Shown: positions 27,673 through 40,157, counted from the first letter of the stretch. The stretch: 64,000 bases of DNA from an uncultured Verrucomicrobiae bacterium (GCA_963788655.1 CAWBHS010000058.1:32001-96000); one strand, 5' to 3'. The notes: generated by a model from the letters alone, not told the origin. Translations and numbers: made by a program.

Positions 27673-30600
27673 CTACTGACTGCTCACCCGGATGCGGTAA
27701 AACCGCGCTGGATGTTTTGGATCAAGCGGCACCGTGATAGTTTGTGAACCGGCGGCGAAGGTGAGGTTCGTCCAGTTCTGCCACGGGGTTTGCTCCGTCA
27801 GGTCATCTTTATACTCCACGATATGGTTTACTCCCGGAACGCTCTGGACGATGAAGCTCAAGGAGGTGCCATTGCCGGTAAGGAACGGCGGCTCAATCTC
27901 CGGCGCATCGGGGCCATCAACGACCGACTTCAGCAAAGTGTAGTGGTCGAGGAAGGTGCTGTTGATCCCCAGGAATTTTACGTCGAGCCGGCCGCCGTTT
28001 ACGTCCAGGAGGATCGAGCCGAGTTGATTCAGGGAAATGAAATGGGCCGGGTGATTCAACGGCCCACCCGTAATCTGGCCGCTACTGCCACCAACCATGT
28101 AAACGACGCCTTGCCCCTGGTCGTTTTTGTGATAGGCACCACTGTCCTCTTCTCGTCCGCTGCCCCCGTCGATTTTCATGGCCTCAGTGAGCGTGCTGGA
28201 AAGCCCATAATGACCATTCAGCAGATAGGAGCGTTCGAGGCAATGACTGTGGCCGGAGAGCACCAGGTCCACGCCATAGCTCTCCAAAATCGGGACGATG
28301 TTCTCGCGAAGCTCGATGAGTTCGGTCTCGCGATCGGAGTCGTGGCTGCCTTTCGTGTACGGCGGATGATGGAAGAAGACGACCACCCAATCCTGCATGG
28401 TGGCGGACAGATCGCTTTCCAGCCATTCGGCCATCGAGCTGGTGGCGCTGCGGGTGCTGGTCATCGAGTCCAGGCAGACGAAGTGGACGTTGCCGTAGTC
28501 GAACGAATAGTATTTTTCCGTTCCCGAGGCAATTCCGCCCGCCTCACCGTTCTGGGGCAGGGAAAAAATGTCGAGATACGGAAAGGAGGTGGCCGTGAAG
28601 GACTGATCGGTTTCGTGATTGCCGATGGTAGGCCACAGGAAGAGATTGCGCAGCGTGGAGGGATACATGTCAAACAACGCGATTTGATGCTGCTGATCGG
28701 TCCCGGCCGGATACGCATTGTCCCCCAGCATCATCCAGATGTCCGCGGGCCCGTTGGTGGCGGCAAAGCGGTAATACGCTTCGCGCACGTTGGCCTGATT
28801 GACCTCGCCGGACGCGCCGTAGCCGGCGGTGCCGGAGTCGCCCAACGCCCAAACGCGAATATGTCGGCGGGTGCCGGGCACCGGCGACGTGTTGAACCAA
28901 TAGTTGGAACCGGCCTTGGCGCCGCCCGCCAGTGTGTAGTCCGAACTGCCAATGGCGTAGTAGTATTGCGTGTCGGGCTGCAAGCCGCTGACTTGGACAA
29001 TGTGTTCCGTGGTGATCTCGTTTTGCACGGCGCGGTTCGTCAGACTGTCCAAGTCCGTACCGTAGAGCACAACACCATCCGAACTCTCGCTGGTACGCCA
29101 CCGCACGATGCCGCCGGTGGGGGTGCCGCTTTGGAGGTACGGACCTCGGGTGACCAACGGCAGCGGCAGGTTGGTATCCAGCAGATACGTCCACCCTTCC
29201 CCCGCAAACGGATTGGGCGGCGAAGCCAGGTCGTAAATGTCCAAGGGATCCGCCCAAGACACTTGCACCAGACCCGGCTCGGGTTGCTCGAACAGGAACG
29301 TGTATTCCACACCTTCGTTGCTGACGCTGCTGGCCGGCACGCCATTGAGCAACAGGTCAGCAGCGTCCAACCCCGCCACCCTTTCATTGAACGTCATAAG
29401 AATCCGCGTCAGATTTCGCAACGTTGCTTCCGGTGCCGGATTCACGTTCACCAAGGCCGGTGGAATACTGTCCACGATTTGGTAGGTCCAAGTCGCGCCG
29501 GGCCCGGTGGCATCAAACGGATTATTGACCGGCAAGGCCTGGTCATAAATGCCGTGGCCAGGCGCCCAGCTAACGACTGCCACCGAAGCGTTGGGCGGTG
29601 GAAAAGCAAAAGTATAGGTCGCGCCATCACCACTGACATTCGTCGCCGCCATGCCATTGATGAGCAGGTCACTGGCATCCACTCCCCGTACCGTTTCGGT
29701 GAAGGTAACGGTCACATGGTCAAAGACTGTCACCACGCCGTTCGTGGAAGGATCCTGCGTCGCCACGGTGGGCGGAGTGTGGTCCAGCAACGTGTAGTTC
29801 CACGTCGAGCCGGGGGCGGACGGGGCGAATGGCACCGGCGGATCTTCGGTGTCGGTAATCGCGAGGTCGGAGGCCCACGTTACAAAAACCAGTCCGTACG
29901 GCGGCTGCCCGAACGCAAACGTGTAGGTGTCGCCACTGCCGGTCACCCCGTTGGCGCCCACGCCATTGACTTTCATGTCCCCGGCTTTCACCCCCATCAC
30001 CGGCTCGCTGAACGTCACGGTGATCTGCGTTAGATCGTTGACGGTCGCACCTGCCGCGGGCATCTGGCCAACCACAATGGGCGCGCTGGGATCGAGCAGG
30101 TTGTACTGCCAGGTCGCTCCCGCGCCGGTTCCGTTAAATGTCCGCGCTGGGGTATCGAAGTCCGCGATGCCGTGGCTGGCGGCCCAGGTAATGGCCACCG
30201 TGCCGAACGTCGGTTGCGGGAAGCTGAAGGTATAGACCTCGTTTTCGGCACCGCTGGTGACCGAACGTCGCCGGCACGCCGTTCACCAGGAAGTCCGCCG
30301 CGTCCACACCGCTCACCGGTTCGTTGAAAGTTACGGTAACGTTCGTCAAGTCGAACCGGCTGCCCGCCGGCGGGTTGACGCGAATGACACCCGGCGCAAC
30401 CAGACTGGAATTGTACCGGTAGCAATTAAGCTGGGCATCGAAGTTGAAGTCGTCGTTGGTGGCCGCGTAATTGAAGGCCTGGATGGCCAGAACATTCGTG
30501 CCTTCGTGCAAATAACCAAACGGATCGGGCAAGGCGTAAATGACCGTCGCGGCTCCATACGGAGCCGTTTCGGCGACTTCCGATAGGGCCGTGCCATAGT

Positions 30601-33600
30601 AGGGCAGATCACCCAGCGAGACGTTGTAGCGATACACTTCAACGCCGTTGATCCAGGCGATGAATCCGTCGTCGCTCTGCGCTTTGAGCAGCAGGTTGGT
30701 GATGCTGAGCGCTTTCGTGACCTGGAATTCCTTGCGGAGGAAGAGGCTCGAGTAGTGCTCCCGCATGTCACTGAGCAGCGAGCCGCCTTGGTTGTAGCTT
30801 TCGTAGGGGTCGCCGTAGAACATCGGCGCTGGCAGATCGTCCCAACTCGAGGCATCGAAACCCGGCTCGCGCCAGGCGCTGGATGGTGCGGAAGCTTCGG
30901 CCAGGCCGCGTAACAGACGCCAGGCGCTGTTGGTCTGAATCAACACCGAATTCGCGTTGACCACATACGTCCACGTTGGTGGCGACGGCGCAAAAGCGTT
31001 CGCCGGCGTGGCCTGATCGGTAATGCCATGATTGGAGGCCCACCGCACAATCGTCAGCCCGTACGGCGGCGGCGGGAAGATGAAGGTGTAGGTGGAGCCG
31101 AATCCGGCCACGCCCGTGGCGGGCGCATTGCGCACCAACAGGTCGGCCGCATCCACGCCCACCACCGGTTCGCTGAAGACCACGGTGATTTGACTGAGGT
31201 TGGTCACGCTGGCGCCGACCGGCGGATCAAGCGCAAGCACTGTGGGCGCCACGTTGTCCGGGATCGTATAGCTCCAACGCGCGCCCGCTCCATTTTGATC
31301 GAACGGCAGCGAAGCCGGATAACCCTTGTCGGTGATCCCGTGCGCCGGCGACCAGGTGAGGTAGGTGGAGCCGGGCCCGGGCGGGGTGACGGTGAACGTG
31401 TAGTTGGATCCGTTGCCGTTCACCGCGATGGCCGGCGTGCCGTTGACCAACAAGTCGGCGGCATCCACGCCATATACATCTTCGCTGAACGTGACTTCAA
31501 TGGTCGTCAACTCGGCCAACGTCGCTCCGCGCGGCGGATCGATGACCGCAACGACCGGCGCGATCGTGTTGGTTAGCGGAGGAGTGATGATGACGGTGAA
31601 CACCGGGGACGTTGCCTGCAAGCCCGACGCGTCGAACGCCACCGCCGTCAAATCCGATACCCCAAAAGCGGCATCTGTCCAAACCATGCTGTAGGGGGAG
31701 GTGGCGTCGGTGCCAATCAACGCGCCGTTCGCCAGGAACTGCACGTTGGTGATCCCGGCCACCGAGCTGGCCGTGGCGGCAATCTCGAGATCGGTGAACC
31801 CGAAGAAGTCGTCTTCGTGCGGCTCGGTCAGTACGATGTATGGCTTGGCGCCGACTTCCTCCAATCGCACCGCCACCGGCGCGTAGGCATAAGGCCCGGG
31901 CGGATCATTGCCCGGGGCCGGTCCCTGATAAAGCGTGGATACGATGGTAAACGTGCCATCCACGCCCGGCGCAATGTCGTCCCAGCCCACCACGTCGCCG
32001 GTGGAGTTGTCGCCGGTGTTCATCGCCGCTTCATCCGGATACAATGCTCCCGGACTCGTCGTGCTGGTCAGCACGTTGGCGGTGTGCGCCGCCGTGAACG
32101 CCCGGGCGCCAATGATGGCGAACAACGTCCAGCGGTTCTTGAAATCCGCCACGCCGCCCACGGCGGTGCCCCGGAAGTTGTAGCGCCGGTTGGGATCGAG
32201 GCCGGAGAAGAAATGGAACACGACCGATTCCCGGTTCAACACAATGGCATGATTGGCCCCACCCGAACCGAAGTCGATGTAGCTGTTAAAAATGTCGTAG
32301 GCGGGCGTGCCCGATGGCGGCGCTCCGAATATCGGGTCGCCCATTGCGCCCAAGGCGAAAACGCTCAGGAATGCCGACACCGGTTGGCCGGAGGCAATGT
32401 TCCGGAGAATTCCTTCCTCCCCGGGAGCCCCATCTGCCGTGCCAAAGGCATTCCAGGCGCTGGCATAGGGATGGGTGTTGGGACCGGCGTAGTGATCGTT
32501 ATAGGCCACCCAGCCAGAGGTGCGCTCAAACACCGTCACGGTGATTGGTTTCGTGTTGTGCGCGCCGCCATTGTCAGTCGCCACCGCGGCAAAATGATAG
32601 ATACCGGGGGGCCGGCCGTTCACCTGGAACGTCAGCGCGTTGGTTGACGTAGCAAGCAGCGTGTTTCCTTCGAACAGGGACAGGTTGGTGACGGTACCAT
32701 CCGGGTCGGATGCTTCGACATCCAGGACGATTTGGGCGGGGTTAAAGAACCAGTCGCCATCGGCCACCTGAAGAAATTGGATCACTGGCAGTTGATTGCG
32801 AATGATCTCCGGCAGTCCCAGCAATTGGAGATCGAAACTCAGATCGGAGCTGTCGGGTGCTTGTTGATGAATTTCGACCGCCAGTAGATTGGTGCCCGCC
32901 ACCAAGTCAGCAATGTTCAGCGTGACCGTGTCCACCGTATCTTCCACGCCGAAGCCCGTGGCCAGCGTCGTGTACGTGATCGGCTCCGGCGCCGGTGGCA
33001 GATTGTCCGTGCGGAACACTTCCTTGCCGTTGAGATACACCACGCCACCGTCGTCGCGCAGAAGCGACAGCGTCAGGCTGCTAAAGGACGCCGCATTTTC
33101 GACGACAAACGCCCGCCGGAAGTAGGTCGTGATGTATTTATTATTTTCCTCGGGGCCGAAACTGACCACCGTGGTTTCGTCACCATCGCCATACCCCAGT
33201 TGGGCCGGACCGTTGCTCCAACCGCGGTCATCAAAGGCCGCGGCAAACCAGTTGGTGCCCTGGTCCGAACCATCGTCAAGATACTTCCAGTCCGAACCGT
33301 CCGACACCACCGGCTCGGCCACGGCAATCCAGACAAGCGTTGAGAGATACGTGTTCCCTAATTCGTCAGTACCCCGGGCACTCAACCGGTGCAATCCCGG
33401 AGTCACTTCACCCCAAACAGTGCTGTAAGGTTCGGTGTTATCTTCTCCGACCGTTTCGCCATTCACCAGAAACTCGACGTTCGTGATCGTGCCGGACGGC
33501 AGCACTGCCACTGCCCGGAGGGTGATCGGATTGGCGTTCAGAAACGTGTCACCGTCCGCCGGCGATACCAAGGTCATGCCTACATTGAACACCGCCACGT

Positions 33601-36190
33601 TGACAATGGCTGACGTTGCGCTCAGGCCGATTCCATCAGTTACGACCGCATACAGGTGGTTGGTGCCGGCTGGAAGATTGTTCGCCGTGACGCTGTACGG
33701 TTCGTTCGTTGACGTTCCAAGGAACAGTTCACCACTATAGAAATCCACTGTGACAACCGCCGCGTGGGGCGAACTGGCAGTCGCCGACAGCGTCACCTCG
33801 TCGCCCGTCATAAAGACACTGTTATTGGCCGGTTCGGTCAGGGTGACTGACGGCGGCATTTCCAGGTGCAACTCGATTGTGCCTGTGGCTGGCGGCGGCG
33901 GCGGAAAACCGAAATTACGCATACCGCCGATTTGAATTTGGTATTGCGTCCCCGCCTCCACATTGAAGGTCACCAGGCTCACGTCACTCGATCCGGGAGC
34001 GTTGTCGTTGAAGGCGACTTGGCGCAGATTGCTGACGTTGTTACCCGTATAAACGCCCAGGGACGTGTTGAAGCTGCTGCCAAACGTGTCAATGCGCACC
34101 GTTCCACTGATGGGCGCCGTCCAACTCCACCACAACGTCGCTCCGTAGCCTTGGAAGAAACTGCCCGTGGGTTCCCGGTTCTCGGTCGTGGCGCCGTTGT
34201 TGGAACCCGTGGCGCTGGCCACCGGACCGACCAGCGTAATGCGATTGTTAAAATTGTCATTGGCCAACGGATCATAAACGCCCGCCACCTGATTGGTCGC
34301 AGTGGAAGTGATTCTTCCCAGACTGTCGGTGGCGACCGCATGGATCGTGTGGCTGCCCAGCGCAATCGCAGGCACAACCAGGGTGTATGGAGCGGTGCTG
34401 ACCGTTCCCAGTGACAGTTCATCCAGGAAAAACTCGACGTTATCCACCGTCACTGGAAGGGCGACGGAAACAGTGGCGCGCGCGGTAAATCCAGCATTGG
34501 TCGCGATGTTCTGCCCGTTGTTCGGACTGGTCAGCGTCGCCGCCAGCGGATTGGGCAGGATGGTGATGACATTGCTGGTGGAGTTGGCTTGTTGCGCGTC
34601 CGGCAGGGAACTGTCCGTCGCGTGAACGTAACTGGTGTAGCTGCCTACCGGCAAAATGCCCAGGTTGGTCGCAAAGGGCGGCGTGTGCAGGGTACCGACC
34701 GGTAGGTCATTAGTGTAAAACGTCGCCGTGTAAGGCGCCGCGCCGCCGCCAACAAATGCACTGAGCGATACCGCTTCGCCATAACTGTAAATGGTGCCGT
34801 CCTCCGGGGACAGGATGGCCGCCAGCGGCCCGGTGATATGAATGGTGTGCATCGGCGAATTGCTCCCCCACCCCAACGCATCCGTCACGGTAGCCTGAAC
34901 GGTGTGATCCCCGACAAACAGCGGTCCAAAACTGTGCTCGTACGGCGTCTCAATCACCGGTTCACCATCGGCCACGTCGTCCAGGAAAAATTGCACGCTG
35001 TATGGCGGCAGCCCGCCAGCGACAATGACCATGCCTGGCACCACGACGTTATGATCAAACGAAGCATCCGGTTCCGGTTCCGCCAGCGTGACGGCGAGCG
35101 GATCGGCCACCAGAAACGTGTTGGTCGCTGAAACGGCAGTGGCCGGCGTCTCCGCGCTGTCAGTGGCCACCGCATACAAGCCGTAATTACCCGCTGGCAG
35201 GTCCGCCAATTCTATCGTGTACGGCGGTGTAGCACTCGATCCCGCGGAGGCGAACACATCATTGCCAATCCCACTGTTGGTAAAATATTCGACCGTGTAG
35301 GGCGCCGTACCACTGACGACGCGAACAGCAGTGCTGACGGGACTGCCCGCGACAAACACCGCGTCCGAGCCCGGCTCGTCCAGCAAACACGCAAAGGCCA
35401 CCGGCATGCCCGCCGTCACCTGCAAGGAGAAATTGTCAATCTCATTGGCCACGTCGTCTCCGAACCCCGCAGCATTATCGTCCACCCAGACCACATACAG
35501 ATTGGCTCCGTCCGGCCAATCCACGTCCACGCTGGCGCTCATCGGTGTCGTGCCGTCGGCTGAAGCCGTGGTATTCAAGGCCGGTACATTAGTCCAACTG
35601 CCGGCTTCGCCAGTGAGACTGAAATACACTCGGGTTCCTTGTCCGCTGTCCTCGGGAATCCCTTCACCCGCGAGGGTGAGCAAATAGCCGATCGTAAGTT
35701 GCGTGGCATTGGTTTTGGTGTTGTTCACGAACTGGCCCATCAGGACCGTGTAACGGTTGCCGGTAGGCCGGGTGAGCAGGTACAAGCCGCTGGAACTCCA
35801 CATCGCCGCTCCGTTCTTGGCCGGCGGATCCTCGGGATCGGACAGCGTAGGGGCGACCACGAGGTCGGCCGTAAGGTTGGCGTTTACGTCCGTGTCCATA
35901 TCGTAATTGTCCGACGCCGAACCCACAGCACTGTAAGTTGACCAGTCCGCGGCCACGGGTTGAAGCTCGAACGAATTGGTGTAGCCGGACCCGGCGTTCA
36001 CGCTGGCCGCATTAGCCCTGACCGTAAGGCACAGCGCCGCGACCAGAACCGCCATGGTCCAACGGCGCCGAAGCTTAAAGGCCAGAGCGACAACGGCGAG
36101 GGTACACATCAGGTTGCTCATGGGACTCCTGACACTGAATTGAGAAGGCACGGCCGGCGCCCGAAAATCATGGCTCAAACTTGGGTTCAT
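27673..36190 (-). CDS. Giant secreted protein (~2,840 aa): Ig-like repeats, beta-sandwich/lectin-like domains, purple acid phosphatase module, RFYR C-terminal domain; +1 indel near 30264
   Basis: Signal peptide ...VRANA. NGVPAT joins SVTSGAENEVYTFSFPQP after removing one T. All five PAP motifs present (GDSG, GDNAY, GNHE, FFHHPPY, GHSH). Confidence 0.88.
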
Positions 36191-36787
36191 TGCTTCTTTT
36201 TGTCTTATTTATTTTGTGACTATACCTTATCTATGCGCAAAGCTGACTAAAAGTCCGCAAAGTTTTTTCAGAGGACACTTTTTTCACGACGTTGAAGCGT
36301 TGAAGCACAGGCGTGGTGGCGACGAATATGAGAGAAAATGGGCACTCTGATTCCCAACTGCAATTCAGTGGCTCAAAGCTGGGGCGAGGGGGTGAGGGAT
36401 TTAGCCGCGGTGCCGGCGTGAAGAAACCGCCCTGAGTTCGGATCGGACCAGTCGCCGCAGTGGCGAACTGGAGGCGCGGAGCGTGCGGAGGGAGGCCAGT
36501 CTCTTACCGACGCCCTGGTGCGATGCACGCTCAACACCAAAAAACTACTGCATAGATACGGCTTATCCAGCTCAAAAAGCAAAGGGCGAAGTAACGCACA
36601 ATTGAGACAGGCGCTCCCGCCAGGCGGGATTGAATACCGCTCCTTAAGAGCGACTCCTTACGGAGTGATTCGTCTTGCGAATATGTCCTGACGCCCCGGC
36701 CTGAAGTCTCATGGCCGGCTTTTGGACCCGTGCTATCACTTCGCCGGTTCTGTGGGTAACACAAGAAGGCGCGGAAGCAAACTGAAA

Positions 36788-36810
36788 GTTATTCACCGTT
36801 ATTCACCGTT
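36788..36810. promoter_or_regulatory. 10-bp direct repeat, possible activator binding site
   Basis: GTTATTCACC GTTATTCACC GTT in the divergent intergenic region. Confidence 0.4.
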
Positions 36811-36905
36811 TCCGATTGCAAAAACCTGTTCCCTCTTCGGCTGACGAGAGTTAATCTGCGCCCATGCCCGCTGCGACAATGGCACTGTCCGAACAAACTG
36901 GGAAA

Positions 36906-36920
36906 CGGCACAAAGTTTGC
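36906..36920 (+). promoter_or_regulatory. Putative sigma54 (-24/-12) promoter
   Basis: CGGCACAAAGTTTGC fits YGGCAC-N5-TTGC with GG-N10-GC spacing, 47 bp before the ATG at 36968. Confidence 0.55.
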
Positions 36921-36967
36921 CCCTGCTGTGTACGCCTTAATAATTTCACGCTGACGGCCACGACGTC

Positions 36968-39799
36968 ATGAATCCGTTTGCCCATTCTTTAAGCAACAAA
37001 CCGTCGTCATTGCGGAGCATGTTCTCCGGGCGGCTGGCTTGGCTGACGTTGGTGATCTGTCTGGGGCTCGGCTTGGTCGTAGTGGTGTGGCGGGAACGTT
37101 CACAACGGGCCGCCGCCCAGGCCCAAGCCCGCACCGAAGCCATGGCTCGCGGCTTGGCAATCGAATCACAATTCTCGCAAGCCACCGCGGCCCTTGAAGT
37201 CTTGGGAGCGCTGGTCAACCAAACCCGCGGTGTGCTGCCAAATTTCCCGCAAGTGGCGGCGCAGTTGTTGGCGGTGCATCCTGCGGTGGCTACGCTCGAA
37301 TTGCAGCCGCGCGGAGTGGTTGCCAACGTGGTGCCCCGTGCCGGTAACGAGCGGGCCCTCGGCTTCGACGTGCTCAAAGATCCGCAGCTCAGTCCCGGCG
37401 CCTACGCCGCCATCCGCGGGCGCCGCTTGACCGTCTCGGGACCGCTGCGGCTGCCGCACGGCGAAGCGGGCCTGATCGCGCGCCTGCCAATCTTTCAGCG
37501 CGGGCGGGACGGCAAAGAATATTTCTGGGGCTTCGTGGCGGCGTCGATCCGGCTGCCGGATCTCCTCGCGCGCGCTCGCTTGGCTGACTTGGTCGCGCGT
37601 GGCTACGATTACGTCTTCTACGGGCCACCGACCGCTCAACAGGCTGCCGTGAGCCTCGCCGCGCACGGCAAGGTGTCTTCCCGGAAGGCAGTGGTCCTAC
37701 CCGTCCACGCCCAGAACGTTCAGTTCGGTATTGCGGTCCAGCCGCGCGGCGATTGGTTCAACACGATGAAGTTGGCCCTGGAAATCCTGGCGGTCGGAGG
37801 ATTGGCAATAATGGTCAGCCTGCTAGTCAGTTTTTTCCGTAAAGGAAACGATTTGCAGGCGGCCTTCGCCCAAGCAAAAGCCGAACTGGCGCAGGTAGCT
37901 GCCGAACAGGAGCGGGGGCAGGACGAATTGCACTTTGCTCGCGAGGCGGCCACTGCGGCCCAGCAAGAGCTCGAGCAATTGAAAAGCAACGCGGCGGACT
38001 TGGGAGAGCAATTGGAGGAAGCCAGCCGAACCGCCGAAGCAGCAGCGAACGACCAAGCGGCCAAGCTGCGGCAAGCCCAGGCGACCAACAGCGAACTGCA
38101 AGCTCAAGCGGAAGCCGATACCCGCAACGCACGAACAACCGAAGAATCATTGCGCGCTCAACTCGCGGAAGCCAACACCACGATTGACAAGTTGCAAACC
38201 CAGTTAGAGGCCGCCATCCGCAATGGGGAAGAAGCCACGCGGACTGCCCAAGACAAATTCAATCAGCAAGCGCAAGTCAGCGCGGAGTTGGAGAGTCGCT
38301 TGCAGGAGGCTGCGGCTAATGCCCAGACAATGGAATCGGCCAGTGCCGCCAGACTGCAGGCGGCCGAGCAAACTATCGGCAATCTTGAAGCGCGCTGGGC
38401 GGCTGCAACTGAGGCTCCAACCGAGGTGGCGTCCGCCGCAGCCACGACAACTTCATCGGAGGAAGCCAACGATTCGACCGCCGGCGTAACCGGCTCAGAA
38501 GAAGTGAATGAACCCGAAACTCAGCCCGAGGAAGCCGACACCGATTTTGCCGGTTCGGCACCCCCAGCCGACCCTCCGGCTGCCCCCGTGGATGTCGCTT
38601 CCAACGAACGTGCTGCCGCCAGCGGATTTGATATTCCCGCAGCGGATGAAGCCGGTAACGAGCCTGGCCAAACCGACGAAATGCCTCCCGATCCCGACGC
38701 CGGTCATGTCGCAATCCCACCTGATACTGAGCGGCCGTCGGAAAACTCGTCGGACTCCGACGTTGGGGTTGAAGTTCCGCCATCCAACAATTTGGACGCC
38801 GCGCCGCCGGAAGTCAGGACTCCAAATCTCCCCCCCACCAAATCGGACAAGCCGGCCCGTCGCAGAAAGAAACGCGACAAGCACCAATTGAGTTTGTTCG
38901 ACGAGGAAACCGACGGTGTCCAAAGTGTGGCCGTGGACGAGCTTGCCTCGAAGCCGCCGACTCAAGAGCCCGCCGCCGAGACGCATCTGGCGGAGGCTAC
39001 CGCACCGGTTTCGTCAAATGCGCCGGTCGAGGTTTTGGCGCCCGAAGCCGGTTCCTCCTCAGCAACCGTTGAGTTCAGCCAAGTCAACGGAACGATCGGC
39101 GATGTCCAGCCATCGGCGTCTGAATCGCCCGAGCTGAAAACCAATAAAGCGGCTGCCTCATTGGCAGCGGATCTCGACTTGCCGAAAATTGACGGGCTCA
39201 ATCCCAGGGAAGGCTTGGTGCGTTTTGATGCGGACCCGAAGCTGTATCTGAAAGCGCTGCGGCAATTCGTCGATCAACACACCCGCGCACCGGAACAAAT
39301 CCGCGACTTTCTGGTGCAAGGCGATGCCACCGGCGCGCAGCGACGGACGATTGTTTTGAAACACGCCGCCCAAGCGCTTGGCGCCGGGCAGGTCCAGGTG
39401 ACCGCCGCCAATTTGGAGCGCGGCATCCAGGCGGAATCCGATCCTACCGACATTGAGACCCTTTGGGCCGAACTGGAAGACGTGTTGAACAGTTTCATCA
39501 CTGATCTCAAATCCGCTTTGAAACCCCGGGAGGATAAGCCGGCAAAACTCCGCCAACTCCCGCCGACACCGCCGGTCGATCTCGCCCAACTCCGCACCGC
39601 GATCAAGCAGATTCTGCCGTTGCTGGCCGACGAAGATCCCGGTGCCAAAGACTGTCTCAAGGATAATCGCACCACCTTCCGATCCGCCTTCACGCCGGAG
39701 ACGTTTGTAGAATTTGAACAATGCGTCAAGCAACGCAGCTTCGCGGCCGCTTTTGAACAATTGAAGAAAGCAGTCAAGAAACACGGCATCCACGTTTGA
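36968..39799 (+). CDS. Membrane protein: TM-CHASE-TM, coiled coil, acidic disordered linker, degenerate HPt domain
   Basis: GNERALGFDVL, VSGPLRL, RLPIF...FWGFV (CHASE). C-terminal IDGLNPREGLVRF...LYLKALRQF...LKHAAQALGA (HPt-like). No kinase or receiver motifs. Confidence 0.8.
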   Translation: MNPFAHSLSNKPSSLRSMFSGRLAWLTLVICLGLGLVVVVWRERSQRAAAQAQARTEAMARGLAIESQFSQATAALEVLGALVNQTRGVLPNFPQVAAQLLAVHPAVATLELQPRGVVANVVPRAGNERALGFDVLKDPQLSPGAYAAIRGRRLTVSGPLRLPHGEAGLIARLPIFQRGRDGKEYFWGFVAASIRLPDLLARARLADLVARGYDYVFYGPPTAQQAAVSLAAHGKVSSRKAVVLPVHAQNVQFGIAVQPRGDWFNTMKLALEILAVGGLAIMVSLLVSFFRKGNDLQAAFAQAKAELAQVAAEQERGQDELHFAREAATAAQQELEQLKSNAADLGEQLEEASRTAEAAANDQAAKLRQAQATNSELQAQAEADTRNARTTEESLRAQLAEANTTIDKLQTQLEAAIRNGEEATRTAQDKFNQQAQVSAELESRLQEAAANAQTMESASAARLQAAEQTIGNLEARWAAATEAPTEVASAAATTTSSEEANDSTAGVTGSEEVNEPETQPEEADTDFAGSAPPADPPAAPVDVASNERAAASGFDIPAADEAGNEPGQTDEMPPDPDAGHVAIPPDTERPSENSSDSDVGVEVPPSNNLDAAPPEVRTPNLPPTKSDKPARRRKKRDKHQLSLFDEETDGVQSVAVDELASKPPTQEPAAETHLAEATAPVSSNAPVEVLAPEAGSSSATVEFSQVNGTIGDVQPSASESPELKTNKAAASLAADLDLPKIDGLNPREGLVRFDADPKLYLKALRQFVDQHTRAPEQIRDFLVQGDATGAQRRTIVLKHAAQALGAGQVQVTAANLERGIQAESDPTDIETLWAELEDVLNSFITDLKSALKPREDKPAKLRQLPPTPPVDLAQLRTAIKQILPLLADEDPGAKDCLKDNRTTFRSAFTPETFVEFEQCVKQRSFAAAFEQLKKAVKKHGIHV

Positions 39800-39804
39800 T
39801 TCGG

Positions 39805-40157
39805 CAACGGGCTGCCGGCGTCCCGCCGACAGAAACGAACACGAATCGTGCGTCCAAATTCCCGTCGCCACTGCGACCGTAGAATTGCAGCAAGGGGGGA
39901 ATCGCGCCCGCCCCGAAGCCGCCAATCGGTTCCCCACTTTTTGGCGCCACCGCACCGACGCGTTCTAGAAAAGCTACCTCTCTCCTTATCCGATAAGTAG
40001 TTGGCGAGGCACCAACCGCAGCGCCTGGAGGTGGCGCACACCCCGGAGGAATTGAAAGGCTCTGATTCGGTTGGAGCCGCTATTTCCATTCGGTCTGCCG
40101 GCAAGATGCCGGCACCACGTTGCGCCAGCGTGCTGCCGGCGTCCCGCTGGCAGAAAC
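39805..40157. repeat. Third REP-like palindrome family (CTGCCGGC-N-GCCGGCAG), 3 copies
   Basis: GGGCTGCCGGCGTCCCGCCGACAGAAAC (~39809), CTGCCGGCAAGATGCCGGCACCACG (~40095), CGTGCTGCCGGCGTCCCGCTGGCAGAAAC (~40128). Confidence 0.7.

Noticed and set aside
27790..30033. Long antisense ORFs (747 aa here; also 6471-7817, 16034-17275, 47390-48775)
   Set aside because: They shadow well-supported genes on the opposite strand, as expected in high-GC coding DNA, and have no motifs.
30134..30270. Programmed frameshift or two separate genes at the giant-protein breaks (also ~51350)
   Set aside because: The breaks fall mid-domain, have no slippery heptamer, and match the window-wide +1 error pattern.
36250..36780. 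Riboswitch or ncRNA in the long intergenic regions (also 43800-44340)
   Set aside because: Only short hairpins; I could not recognise any conserved aptamer motif. An Rfam scan would be needed.
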